Positions 39,301 through 47,324 of a DNA stretch of 64,000 nt are shown one piece after another (position 1 is the first letter of the stretch; each line of letters begins with the position of its first letter). Under the pieces are notes generated by a model that was given only the letters and a program-made list of their open reading frames with translations, ran no database searches and was not told where the DNA came from. The DNA is from Deferribacterales bacterium (GTDB lineage Bacteria; Chrysiogenota; Deferribacteres; Deferribacterales; Geovibrionaceae), in the NCBI GenBank assembly GCA_050251945.1, contig JBFWLW010000003.1:1-64000 (forward strand), read 5' to 3'. The position numbers and the translations under genes are program-made.

Positions 39301-40385
39301 TAGACGAACACTCCGCAAGCTTTACTGTAACTGTTAACGGCGTTGCGGACGGCGTCATAATCACTCCCCATGACGGAACGGGCGATCAGGGCGATTTTAT
39401 CGAATCAAGCGACCCAAGAGGATTTCTTGAGGGTGCGCTCATCGAAACCGAATCGTTCCTCGTCTCACCTTATAACGGAACTTCCGACACCTATAACGAT
39501 TCCAGACAGGACGAGCTTTATAAGGTGGTGTTCACCGGCGTGGACAGCGGAATGGACTTCTATTACAAAGACGGCTCCGGCTATGTTCATCTCACGGACA
39601 CCGACACAAGCGACGGCACCTATACCATTGAAAAGCTTACACAGGAACAGCTCGACAACCTGATATTCGTAAGTAACGACACATCAGGCACCGTACAGCT
39701 TGACGTTTCAGTTTATTCGCAGGAGGTAAACAGCGACGGAGACGTGATAAGTACGTCAGAAGACCATGCGGACGGCTCCATCAAAATTGATGTGGCATCC
39801 ACAGCGGTAAGCGACAGCAATGTCGAATCCATGAGCTTTGCCGGCGGTGTTCTGCAAGTCGATCTTGCGGATTCGCTCTCCGGCGTTACGGTTCACTCCG
39901 ATAACGCTTCCGTAGGCGGCACGATACCCAACGACATACAGATAACAGCCCATGCAACAGAGACCGCCAGCGTGGTGGTTTCGGACGGCGACACACACGT
40001 TGCAACCATTGAAGTAGGATCCGTCGGCGACGACGTGTTCAGCTTTGACCCCGACAACTATTTTGCGGGAATGGGCGGCGAGGATACTGTCAAACTTTCG
40101 GACAGCATAGATCTGGATTCTGCAAAATCCCATATGTCGTCCATTGAAAAGATAGATATGACCGGAAACGGTGCGCAGAGCATCGACCATCTCTCCGTGG
40201 AGAATGTCAGCGACATTCTGGACGGTTCCACAACACTCACCATTGACGGCGACACCGACGACAGCGTGTCTCTGGACAGCGGATGGGGAACTGCATCCAC
40301 GGACGGGGATTATAACGTATATACCGCAAATTACGGCGGCGTTGATTACTCGATCAAAATTCATAATGACGTAAATGTTGGATAG
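30372..40385 (+). CDS. Giant T1SS-secreted adhesin (LapA/BapA-like; retention-module N-terminus, Ig/cadherin-like repeats)
   Basis: 3337 aa, Thr/Asp/Gly-rich, no signal peptide; GEVRLLKEGDPVYEGE N-terminus; TDSDGD repeats; RTX-like GDDVF and IEKIDMTG C-terminus; adjacent to T1SS genes. Confidence 0.92.
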   Translation: MKQLQAIVGKISGTYYASTPEGEVRLLKEGDPVYEGEAVYSQNEGSDGNFINLTRVNGETVVLTDTSYYLVENNVTGNDETEKPQNLRENAQGTEETFRGRARDDAQQTQQEEETAISFTPDAGERVEPGIITVEYKPETAVPVIQEETPQTQESAPEAPVSSVSNNAPETLDSVVTGIEDTSYTFKPSDFGFTDIDGDPLQTIRIDTLPENGTLYIDGIPASAGTTVTANQISSGLLTFLSDTDENGQNYTTFLFSISDGKDFSSLPGNMTVHILPVDDPTLLSIDATNPAVFTENSAATAIADGITLRDTDSEITQVTVKIGGMVSGDVLSCTTPAESGLSASYDAATGTLTITGTASPAVYQSVLESIEFINTSEDPTANATSVTRTLEWTVTNSENIETATTSDISVVPATDSPELAVSGAAEYKAGGNDVTALSSALIADVDDTHMNGAVITITAGFTEGDYLSAATAGTSITASYDAATGTLTLTGTDTLENYRAVLTGMQYGSTNPTPAIDSATREITWQVTDANSDLAGAGISNSGTSTVAIDPVPVANQAADKTVTEADEGSPAPQAEGNLFTDGTEYEDGKDYIPENGTPVVYEVRYYDDLGQLQTTELTDTVTVIDTLYGELTINRETGDYTFKPDDVLNHPSGNTLTETFSYSIKDTSDGDVSNFADQNIVIYDGTDPILNPEGTGVSEMNLPDGLIPNPAALIKSGTLGVEGGSDTFSVRFDSDAVDNLTSMGLTSGGYSITYEMSSDGLAIVAKANGAEVFTVTITDPASESAGYTFELKQPLDSGEDVTYTFPVTVTDSDGDSAGAQFDVVVTDVKPMANQAADINLTEKSYDGASVTATGNLLTDGTGYSDGQDYVPSGGTAYINEIKYYDGNGDLQTVTLTQTVTTLNTQYGELTINRETGEYSYTLTEPSDHTDSDTLTESFKYNIIDISDGQVSNFADQIITISDGADPVFVSATGVTVEETDFTGGLAGETNAELSETGIINVTGGSDTFDVTINDSIVSQLEALNITAGGKEVTYTLSEDGHTLTATADGAEVFVLSLTDTNTETAGYSFALKSPINYVNDLTISIPLDVADADGDTVSGSFDITIADDYPVANSAADVTLAEKSYDGTENSVDGNLFTDGADHASGEDFIPVNGTGQIYQVKYYDPAGVLQTATLTQTVTTLDTEYGELTINRDTGAYIFTADQTIDHPIGNSVTETFQYNFKDTSDGDVSNFATQNVIITDGANPTIGTPDASTVYEASLTGGSDPDAAELTQTGTLGVTGGSDTFDTVFNQSTIDYMNSLTLRTPSNTLITYSVTNNGHTLTASAGGATVFTVDISDPAEDTAAYSFNLSGSIKNANDVTLAIPFTVTDSDGDSVSSSINVTVVDDNPVAYAAPDTVVYEKSVSGAGNLVVTANLFTDGTTSDFIPAGGVKQINQVTYVNASGVETTATLAAGNNTLTTQYGTLVINSTTGAYTFTSADNIDHTGTTDDQVAVTFSYNFKDTTDGDVSNTVSQTIIIKDGQVPDAGADVYVTMDEKYLIKGSEPDSTMTVETGELNITRGSDEITTKFAVTEADMLALGLESNGVALTYTVTDTVITGMAGSDTVFIITIVNSTGLNPEYKVELISNLDNPPESSGDTDITFVLPVVVTDIDGDTDTNNIHITVVDDSAKEVQNITVIEDIAKTFTTNADVNPESTTASVATYGDITINTDGTITYTLKPEYQHYSGGDQFTYTTVSSDGGSKTTTVNITVTPVDDAPAWAGDTDYGAPYGTLIEDAGNITLTNLTLPVITDNTDKNGADAGDHPERLGYITFENVPAGTVFGYVHDSVGGSVTVDSSKTVTIVIVNDDGSLNTDYHYTGLSTSGAGVIALTEAEYQALTYKPAPDSAKDVTFEVHSTSYEVDDSGVPLDMTGAESYDEVTVVVKAVTDDVSLALTDSGTDTATGDEDGWINVSSLFDGVTGDYTDGSETQTFTISGLPAGWTFYVTTSDTVPADSASGTAVGDDGEFTVTLAQGKTFEDYYIYVKPPKDYSGTVTGLTATLESTDHESAGDYNAGTAVDPESAQVTGISITVNPVTDTPTIAVRELVTSEDTAVTMDIRPIMTDSSEQALSVSIADIPEGAKITKADGTVLYDGTLPDPTGSVTLVIGVDVTYEELKDIKFVPPANSNVNDIVLKITPAIQDPGADAFGVEYEVPVHIKGVADSLSVNAPSSYTGLENGKVQFNAHASTADTDGSETISYLVEVPAGVKFVDASGNPAGSYMGNNMWAVSQAEVDAGVYFEAAQDWSGVISGLKLVTTVTENDGHSLSTESAFDITVNPVVTADNSIIGSASGNEDDYITLSIGSAGDGSETVAQVSIPMASIPAGLELVVWNGSTWVTPANDGTNYIVNPSDVDGGTFSGNIALHVTDSGAFSQLNGDGVATIQNVTVTVQDKYDGTAGGTEVITSTFTNDASVSIEAVADAPVLSYTSGGVISGTCSGPDIDLGVDKTYTDNDGSEIHYYIISGVPTGVNLINATYNGDGTWYAEDIANVQADITPAASDGSYTLTVVGYSVEQSNGDTATSSEMSVTMNISIGCTGPGEPAYVVEAPTLTLQKNPVAEDSGSVTLRTYITALSLSTPQDSSTETLSLVIKDIPAGITLESTDESIVSLRYYTDTDGNQAIRVIISDSNNALEAMNYVSVTLPANYSGDLPAFDIIAVATETGNGYPITANTEGELVININPVADSLTASANPTVDEDKITKLSLTLGTGDDVTSADDSTEVISGVRIQITYGTFVDEDGNGLGNNISVTVDPDGTVKTLGGTIVYFLSDGQDATKTVDIVVSGTVTDTSIVDGSVITSTPLNDSQTIHISVNPIPDPAGSSDDDPDSTSALAANDVTGDEDTPIQLDLTISFPDGDSSELQSLKITGVPAGAMITDSTGTIVGQNNGDGSWMITSIPAGGLFFVGSQNASGEVALSVVAYAIEKDTMQIDEHSASFTVTVNGVADGVIITPHDGTGDQGDFIESSDPRGFLEGALIETESFLVSPYNGTSDTYNDSRQDELYKVVFTGVDSGMDFYYKDGSGYVHLTDTDTSDGTYTIEKLTQEQLDNLIFVSNDTSGTVQLDVSVYSQEVNSDGDVISTSEDHADGSIKIDVASTAVSDSNVESMSFAGGVLQVDLADSLSGVTVHSDNASVGGTIPNDIQITAHATETASVVVSDGDTHVATIEVGSVGDDVFSFDPDNYFAGMGGEDTVKLSDSIDLDSAKSHMSSIEKIDMTGNGAQSIDHLSVENVSDILDGSTTLTIDGDTDDSVSLDSGWGTASTDGDYNVYTANYGGVDYSIKIHNDVNVG
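32031..35388 (+). repeat. Four diverged tandem intragenic repeats of about 280 aa
   Basis: Units begin PVANQAAD (32031), PMANQAAD (32865), PVANSAAD (33705) and PVAYAAPD (34545); periods 834, 840 and 840 bp. Confidence 0.85.
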
Positions 40386-40393
40386 GAGGATTG

Positions 40394-42631
40394 ATGAAAA
40401 GGGTTATTGCAGGCATAGTGGGGCTGCTTTGTGCCACTGCACACGGAATGACATTACAGGAAATGGCGACAGAGGTTGTTAAAAGCAACCCCGCCGCACA
40501 GGAACAGGTGAAAAGCTACAACTCGCTGTATCAGGAGTACAGAAAGGCTAAGGGCGGTTATCTGCCACGTCTGGACATCTACGGCGGCATAGGTCACGAG
40601 TGGGTAAACAACTCGAACACAAACTGGGAGGACTGGGACACAGACTTCTATTCAGGTAAGGTTGTTCTCCGACAGGATCTTTTTAAAGGGTTCGGCGTAC
40701 AGAACGAGGTGAAAAAACAGCTCTCAAAAATACGCTCCACCCAGTACCTTTACTATAATGAGGTGAACACCCTCTGCTTTGAATCGTCACAGCAGTATCT
40801 TAACGCGCTTAAGACCATGACGATAATGGATATTTCCAATCAGAACATCAAAAAGCAGGAAGAGTATCAGAAGCTTATAAAGGAAAGGGTCGATTCGGGA
40901 GTTGACAACGGTTATGACCTTGAAAGAGCGAATGCAAAACTTGCGACACTCCAGACAGACAACCTTGTTAAGCTGAACGACTATAAAGAGGCTGTGATCC
41001 GCACCCAGAAACTGCTCGGCAGATTTCTCGACGGACTGGAAATGACCAAGCCGGAACTGGATGACGTCTTTCTGCCGTATTCGCTTCAGGAAAGCATAGA
41101 AACGCTGAATAAGAACAACCCAATGCTCATTTCGTCCATATATGACATTGAGTATTACAAAAACAGCCACAAAGAGAGCAAGAAAGACTACTGGCCTGAA
41201 ATATACGCAGAACTGAGCCATGACCTTTCAAACGACATGGGCGGTACGGACGGTCTCGAAAGGGAGACAAAAGCGTCCATCAACCTGCACTATAACCTCT
41301 TTAACGGTACGAAGGACTACAGAGAGGTTCAGAAGAACATCAGTCTCGTGCATAAAGCTGTGGAAACAAGAAACCGCGTGTCCAGAGATCTTAATAACGA
41401 TCTCCAGCTCACATGGTCGGCACACAGACTGCTCGCACAGCAGCTCACTCTTCTGCAAAAAAACAGAAACGCCCTTTTGAAAGTGCTGAAAGCTTACAAA
41501 TCAGAGTTCAATATAGGCAAGAGAAAGGTAGTGGACATCATGGATCTTGAAAACGAGATATACAATATCGACGTGAAGATAGCCTCCACAAACTACGAGC
41601 TTCTCCTGTTCAAATACAAACTGCTCTACACCGTCGGCAAACTTCCCGATGTTATGGGTGTCAAGCCCGCCATTACGGAAAGAGAGGGCGACAAGCTCAC
41701 CGTGATTAAAGATGTACTTCCCGTAAGCGACGATAAGGACGCGGACAAGGTCAACGACGCAAAGGACTTCTGCCAGAACTCCGAAGGCGATACCGAGCTG
41801 AGCGGATGCGATGCGAAATCCACCGCAGGTTTTCTCAGCGACAGGTTTGAAGAACCAAAAGCGGTAATAAAGTCTAATATCGTAACAAACGTTGATCAGC
41901 TTAAACAGAATAAAATGACCAAAAATACTCTTACAACCGTTGCTGTGAAGTTCTTCAACTCCAAAGAAAACGAGTTTACCCCTGAAGCTATCGAGCTTAT
42001 GAGGGAAATAGTTACCCAGCTTAAGGACGCCGCAAACGACAACACCATAAACTTCTATGTCTACTCCAAAGACAGCGATGTTAAAAACGAAGATTACGTT
42101 CTTTCATCCAAACGCGCATACAATCTGTTCCGCGTGATGCTGAAAAACAACATAGTGATGTCCAGCCTTACGGCATACGGCAAAAACTACCCTGCAAATA
42201 CGGCCGACATGCCCGAAAACTACATTCAGATAGCCGTCACCGACCATAACGATGTTCAGGAGGACGTCTATGAAGTGTTCTCAACATCAGCACTCTCTTT
42301 TAAAGGAGCAAAGGCGGAAAGATCTGACGACCTCGGCAGACTGGATGAAGTGGCGCTTGACACCATGAGACATTTCGCCGCGATGGCAAGAACCCAGACG
42401 GCGAACCTTAAAGTCGACGTGATAAATTTCAGCTATGACAAGCGCAACACCGCCGCAAACAAAAGCATCAGTGACGCACGCGCAGGCGCCGCCGCGAAAG
42501 AGCTTGAAAAAATGGGAATGGATAACGTTATCGTCACCAGTTTCGGCATAGACCACGAACTGAACGAAGACGACATCACGGCGGACAAAAACTCGCCAAA
42601 GAACAGAACATATTTAATAATGCACAAATAA
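40394..42631 (+). CDS. TolC/LapE-family T1SS outer membrane protein with a C-terminal extension (Ca-binding loop and two OmpA-like domains)
   Basis: Signal peptide ending AHG; AKGGYLPRLD and EFNIGKRKVVDIMD TolC motifs; DKDADKVNDAKDFC; LSSKRAYNL and NKSISDARA. Confidence 0.88.
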   Translation: MKRVIAGIVGLLCATAHGMTLQEMATEVVKSNPAAQEQVKSYNSLYQEYRKAKGGYLPRLDIYGGIGHEWVNNSNTNWEDWDTDFYSGKVVLRQDLFKGFGVQNEVKKQLSKIRSTQYLYYNEVNTLCFESSQQYLNALKTMTIMDISNQNIKKQEEYQKLIKERVDSGVDNGYDLERANAKLATLQTDNLVKLNDYKEAVIRTQKLLGRFLDGLEMTKPELDDVFLPYSLQESIETLNKNNPMLISSIYDIEYYKNSHKESKKDYWPEIYAELSHDLSNDMGGTDGLERETKASINLHYNLFNGTKDYREVQKNISLVHKAVETRNRVSRDLNNDLQLTWSAHRLLAQQLTLLQKNRNALLKVLKAYKSEFNIGKRKVVDIMDLENEIYNIDVKIASTNYELLLFKYKLLYTVGKLPDVMGVKPAITEREGDKLTVIKDVLPVSDDKDADKVNDAKDFCQNSEGDTELSGCDAKSTAGFLSDRFEEPKAVIKSNIVTNVDQLKQNKMTKNTLTTVAVKFFNSKENEFTPEAIELMREIVTQLKDAANDNTINFYVYSKDSDVKNEDYVLSSKRAYNLFRVMLKNNIVMSSLTAYGKNYPANTADMPENYIQIAVTDHNDVQEDVYEVFSTSALSFKGAKAERSDDLGRLDEVALDTMRHFAAMARTQTANLKVDVINFSYDKRNTAANKSISDARAGAAAKELEKMGMDNVIVTSFGIDHELNEDDITADKNSPKNRTYLIMHK

Positions 42632-42643
42632 CTTAAATTGCCG

Positions 42644-42682
42644 GAGGGCGCTCTCTGCAAAGTGCGCCTTCCGTTTTTTTTT
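42644..42682 (+). terminator. Intrinsic terminator-like hairpin inside the T1SS cluster
   Basis: ggagggcgc...gcgccttcc stem followed by a long T run. Confidence 0.55.
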
Positions 42683-42696
42683 CGGACTGGAACAAG

Positions 42697-44817
42697 ATGG
42701 AAACAACTGCATCTAAAATAGATAACGTGTCGTTTTTCGACGCTCTGCACCTCTTCATCTGCAAATACGAAAGGCAGATAACCCCCTCAGTGCTTCTTTC
42801 GGATATACCTATGGAAGAAGGCAAAAGCATACCCGACATGATGGGAATCAGCGGAAAGAAATTCACCGCCCAGCTGATAGCAGAAAGGTTCGGGCTCAAC
42901 TCAAAATTCATCAGAAAAAATATTACGGATATCCATCCCGACACGGCTCCTTTCATCTTTTTCATGAAAGACGGAACTGCAGCCGTTGCGGATTCTTTCG
43001 ATAAAGAAACAGGAACAGTAAGGGTGCTAACAAAAGACGGGTCATCCGAAAGGATTCCTTCGGAGCTGGACTGTGCGGATGCCGCATTTCTCATTAAGCG
43101 CGAAACGGTGTTCAACGATTCCAAAGCCACGGATAAAAAAAACGCATGGTTTTTCGACGCAGTCAGGCTTTCCGGCGGTATCTATGCCAACGTTCTGCTT
43201 GCATCTCTGTTTATAAACATCTTCGCAGTGGTAACTCCGCTGTTCACTATGAACGTGTACGACAGAATAGTGCCCAACAACGCGGTTGAATCCCTCTGGG
43301 CTCTTTCAATCGGCGTCGTTATCGTTTTCGTGTTCGATTCGGTACTGAAATACCTGCGCCACCATTTTCTTGAAATTTCAGCGAAAAAGACAGAGATGAT
43401 GCTTTCAAGCAGACTTTTCGGGAAAGTCATGGACTACAGACTGTCCGACAGACCGAAAATAGTCGGTTCTTTCGCATCAAATATTAAAGATTTCGATATG
43501 ATACGGAACTTCCTCTCATCCTCAAGCCTTGCGGTGTTCGTGGACTTCCCTTTCATGATCATTTTCTTCGCGGTGATAGCCTGCATAGGGGGAACGCTTA
43601 TGTTCTTCATTCCGCTTATCATCTGCATACTGATACTCGCGTATGCCTTCGCTATCCGCAAGCCCCTGCAAACACTCATTCAGGACAGCTACACTGTGTC
43701 CGCAAGAAAGAACGGTCTGCTGATAGAATCCCTCAAATGTCTCGAAACAATCAAGTCGTTCAACTTCCACAAGTTCCGTCTATGGGAATGGGACAGCATA
43801 GTTGCTAAGGCGGCTAACCAGTCAAAGGCTGTCAAAAGCTATTCATACACGATGAACACCTTTTTCGGTGCAATGGTGTCCTTTAACACCGTCTGCATCA
43901 TAATCGCGGGCACATATCTAATAGGCAGCAATGAGCTGACCACAGGCGGGCTTATCGCCACTGTAATGCTCTCGTCCCGAGCGCTTTCACCCGTCGGTCA
44001 GGCGATATCGCTGATAACCACGTACGATCAGGCGAAGGTCGCTTATAAGGGTATCAACGAAATAATGCAGAAGAATACCGAATCGGAAAACAGGAAAGAC
44101 CTTGTGGCACCCGCAGAATTCAAAGGCGAAATAGAGTTCCGCAACGTTTCATTCAAATATCTTGAAGACGGCGTAAGCGTCCTTAAGAACATCAGCTTCT
44201 CCATACGTCAGGGTGAAAAAGTTGCGATACTCGGCAAGATGGGTTCCGGCAAAACCACCATAATGAAGATGCTGATGGGATTTTATAAACCGTCCGACGG
44301 CGAAGTAACAGTTGACGGCATCTCCGTAAGCCAGATAAATCCCGCGTCACTGCGCGAAAATATCGCATACGTTTCCCAGAAGATAGAGATATTCAGAGGC
44401 ACGCTCCGCCAGAATATCACCATACGCAGAACAGACGCTGACGACGATTCCGTTTTGAGAGCTATAGAAACGGCAAGCCTGCAGAATATGGTTAACAGGC
44501 ACCCGAAAGGTCTGGCGGGCGAGATTGAAGAAGACGGAAACAACCTTTCCGGCGGACAGAAACAGGCGGTCGGCATCGCCCGCGCATTTGCCGCACCGTT
44601 TTGTATGGCATTTCTGGATGAACCCACGGACGGCATAGACCACAACGCCGAAACGCGCATCATAGAAAATCTGAAAAATATGCTTAAAGATTCCACCGTG
44701 GTGCTGATAACCCACAAGAACAATCTGCTGGCGCTGGTTGACAGGGTGATAGTCCTTGAAGACGGACAGATCATTTTTGACGGTCCGAAAGAAAAAATGT
44801 TTAAAAACAACGGATAA
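42697..44817 (+). CDS. T1SS permease/ATPase (HlyB/LapB-like)
   Basis: PLFTMNVYDRIVPN, GKMGSGKT, LSGGQKQ and FLDEPT. Confidence 0.95.
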   Translation: METTASKIDNVSFFDALHLFICKYERQITPSVLLSDIPMEEGKSIPDMMGISGKKFTAQLIAERFGLNSKFIRKNITDIHPDTAPFIFFMKDGTAAVADSFDKETGTVRVLTKDGSSERIPSELDCADAAFLIKRETVFNDSKATDKKNAWFFDAVRLSGGIYANVLLASLFINIFAVVTPLFTMNVYDRIVPNNAVESLWALSIGVVIVFVFDSVLKYLRHHFLEISAKKTEMMLSSRLFGKVMDYRLSDRPKIVGSFASNIKDFDMIRNFLSSSSLAVFVDFPFMIIFFAVIACIGGTLMFFIPLIICILILAYAFAIRKPLQTLIQDSYTVSARKNGLLIESLKCLETIKSFNFHKFRLWEWDSIVAKAANQSKAVKSYSYTMNTFFGAMVSFNTVCIIIAGTYLIGSNELTTGGLIATVMLSSRALSPVGQAISLITTYDQAKVAYKGINEIMQKNTESENRKDLVAPAEFKGEIEFRNVSFKYLEDGVSVLKNISFSIRQGEKVAILGKMGSGKTTIMKMLMGFYKPSDGEVTVDGISVSQINPASLRENIAYVSQKIEIFRGTLRQNITIRRTDADDDSVLRAIETASLQNMVNRHPKGLAGEIEEDGNNLSGGQKQAVGIARAFAAPFCMAFLDEPTDGIDHNAETRIIENLKNMLKDSTVVLITHKNNLLALVDRVIVLEDGQIIFDGPKEKMFKNNG

Positions 44818-44821
44818 CAAT

Positions 44822-46159
44822 ATGTTTTTCAAAAAAGACAGGAACAGGGAAGAACTGGACTTCCTACCCATAGAGACCGCATCATCAGTTGAAGGTACTT
44901 CATACAAATCCAGAATGATACTTTTCGCCATCGTTCTGTTCTCATTCTGCGCCATTGTATGGGCTTCATTCGCAGAGGTTCAGGAGGTTGTGCGCGGGTT
45001 CGGAAAGATAATCCCATCACGTCACGTTCAGGTGATACAGAGCCTTGAAGGCGGCATCGTCGCAGAAATACCCGTTAAGGCGGGCGACATAGTGGATGTC
45101 GGACAGCTTCTCATCCGGATAGACAACAAAAGGTTTGTCAGCAATCTGGGCGAAAACACAGTCAGCCTCGGTCGCATGAAAGCGAAGGCGATAAGACTTT
45201 ATGCCGAAAGCTACGGGGTAGGCTTTGACGAAGCACATAAAAAGCTGAACTTCAAAGACATCCCTGAAGATGCTCTGCAGGAGGAACGCAGTCTGTTCGG
45301 GAAAAACGCCGCATACACCTCAAACGACGCAAGCATAATACGCGAACAGATAAATCAGGTGCATATAAGAAGCAAGGAACTGCAGGAGCGCATCGCAAAC
45401 CTGAACTCCGCCCTCGCTATGACCCGCAAAGAGATTGCAATGACCGAACCGCTCATCTACAGCGGCGCGGCATCACAGGTTGACCTTCTGAAACTGAAAA
45501 AAGAGGTGAACAGCACCCAGTCGGAAATTGACTCCGCACGCACCAGAATTCAGGAGAACAGCGCCAGCATCGCCGAATATTCGCGCAAGCTGGCAGAGGT
45601 ATCCATGAACAGCAGAAGCACCGCCCAGAAGGACTTCAACGAAATCATGACCGAAATAGGCAAAACGAGGGAAACCATAACCGGCGTTAAGGATCAGGTG
45701 GACAGAAGCAAAATAATGTCACCTGTCAAAGGCGTCGTAAAACAGATATTCACCAATACTATCGGCGGCGTTATAACTCCCGGAATGGACATCATGGAAG
45801 TCGTACCCATTGAAGACAAGCTAGTTGTTGAAGCTAAAGTAAAACCTTCGGACATAGCATTTATAAAAGAGGGTGACAGAGCGCTGATAAAGCTCACCGC
45901 ATATGACTACAGCATATACGGAGGACTGCACGCCACCGTTACACATATCAGCCCCGACACCACCGTGCAGGAGAAAGAAGTCTTTTACAGCGTGCAGCTC
46001 ACCACGGACAAAAACCATATAGAGAAGAACGGTAAGTCCAATAAGATAATCCCCGGCATGGTCGTTCAGGCAGACATAATCACCGGCAAAAAGACCGTTA
46101 TGCAGTATATCCTGAAACCTATAATCAAAACTAAGCAGAGCGCTCTGACCGAGAGATAA
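44822..46159 (+). CDS. HlyD-family T1SS membrane fusion protein
   Basis: VQVIQSLEGGIV, SPVKGVV, YSIYGGL and PGMVVQADIITGKKT. Confidence 0.95.
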   Translation: MFFKKDRNREELDFLPIETASSVEGTSYKSRMILFAIVLFSFCAIVWASFAEVQEVVRGFGKIIPSRHVQVIQSLEGGIVAEIPVKAGDIVDVGQLLIRIDNKRFVSNLGENTVSLGRMKAKAIRLYAESYGVGFDEAHKKLNFKDIPEDALQEERSLFGKNAAYTSNDASIIREQINQVHIRSKELQERIANLNSALAMTRKEIAMTEPLIYSGAASQVDLLKLKKEVNSTQSEIDSARTRIQENSASIAEYSRKLAEVSMNSRSTAQKDFNEIMTEIGKTRETITGVKDQVDRSKIMSPVKGVVKQIFTNTIGGVITPGMDIMEVVPIEDKLVVEAKVKPSDIAFIKEGDRALIKLTAYDYSIYGGLHATVTHISPDTTVQEKEVFYSVQLTTDKNHIEKNGKSNKIIPGMVVQADIITGKKTVMQYILKPIIKTKQSALTER

Positions 46160-46196
46160 TTTTGATTTTACAGAAGCTCCGTGCTATATTTCTTTT

Positions 46197-46856
46197 ATGA
46201 AAATGAAATATCTTTTTCTGATGCTTTTCGTTTTTTTAAGCGAGACCGGATGTTTTTCCGGCAGACAGACCGTTCTTATCCCCACTCCGGAGAACGGATT
46301 CACCATTGCGCCTGTTCAGGAAAAATTCATAGACTATTATCTGCGCGAACTGGACGACAGCGAAAAGACAAAGCTTGTGGAAACAGTTAAATCAGCCGCG
46401 GGCACAAAATATATCTGGGGCGGCAATGCTCCGGAAGATGGCATCGACTGTTCCGGTCTGCTTGTCTGGGCATACTCACAGCTGGGCTACAAAGGCTTCC
46501 GCAACGACGGCGATATAGTTGACGACATAACGTCAAACGATATGTACACCTACGATGTCGCAGCGGCGGAACCCGTAACGCAGATGGATCAATTTCTTGA
46601 ATACAATCCCGGCGACCTGCTGTTTCTGGATGTAAACCACGACGACAAAATAGACCACGTTGCCTTTTTCATGCATTACGACATGGAAACCGGAACCGTC
46701 TGGGTGTGGGATGCATCAATAAACACAAAAATGGTAGCTTACAGACCCGTAACAGCCATACTTCAAAAAAATCCTTACATGGGAAGACCGATGCTTCTGG
46801 TAAAAAAACAGGATGAAGCACCTGCCGACGACCTGATCGCAGGAGCGCAGAAATGA
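46197..46856 (+). CDS. NlpC/P60 (C40) peptidase, probable lipoprotein
   Basis: YIWGG and DCSGL catalytic Cys; DHVAF His; signal peptide followed by Cys. Confidence 0.85.
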   Translation: MKMKYLFLMLFVFLSETGCFSGRQTVLIPTPENGFTIAPVQEKFIDYYLRELDDSEKTKLVETVKSAAGTKYIWGGNAPEDGIDCSGLLVWAYSQLGYKGFRNDGDIVDDITSNDMYTYDVAAAEPVTQMDQFLEYNPGDLLFLDVNHDDKIDHVAFFMHYDMETGTVWVWDASINTKMVAYRPVTAILQKNPYMGRPMLLVKKQDEAPADDLIAGAQK

Positions 46857-47212
46857 GACCGAAAGAAGTAATAGAGCTTTTTGTAAAACACTTTAACGAC
46901 AAAGATCATAACGCGCTGGCAGAACTGTACGCCGAAAACGCTGTTAACCATCAGATAGCCGAAGAACCGGTGCAGGGCAAAGAGAACATCAGAGAAATGT
47001 TCAGAAGCTCCTTTGAACACGCGGAAATGGTCTGCATCGTCGAAAACATCTTTGAAGACGGTGAGTGGGGCATCCTTGAATGGCGCGATCCGCTCGGTCT
47101 GCGCGGATGCGGTTTTTTCCATATATCTGACGGTAAAATAGTTTTTCAGCGCGGCTACTGGGACAAACTCTCTTTCCTCAGACAGCACAATCTGCCTCTG
47201 CCTTTAAAATAA
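46853..47212 (+). CDS. SnoaL/NTF2-like protein
   Basis: LAELYAENAVNHQ, ILEWRDP and QRGYWD; 119 aa. Confidence 0.85.
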   Translation: MRPKEVIELFVKHFNDKDHNALAELYAENAVNHQIAEEPVQGKENIREMFRSSFEHAEMVCIVENIFEDGEWGILEWRDPLGLRGCGFFHISDGKIVFQRGYWDKLSFLRQHNLPLPLK

Positions 47213-47324
47213 TATCTTTTTTGTATTATTTTCAAATCTCTCACGATTAAACCATTGTTAAAGATTTTAATCAGGTGTAATATTGGCATAAGCCCAAATT
47301 AATCTGGCAACAGGAGGCAGTCTT

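Noticed and set aside
47250..47285. Rex or FNR box upstream of cydA
   Set aside because: Only one half-site matches (TTGTTAA); too weak to call
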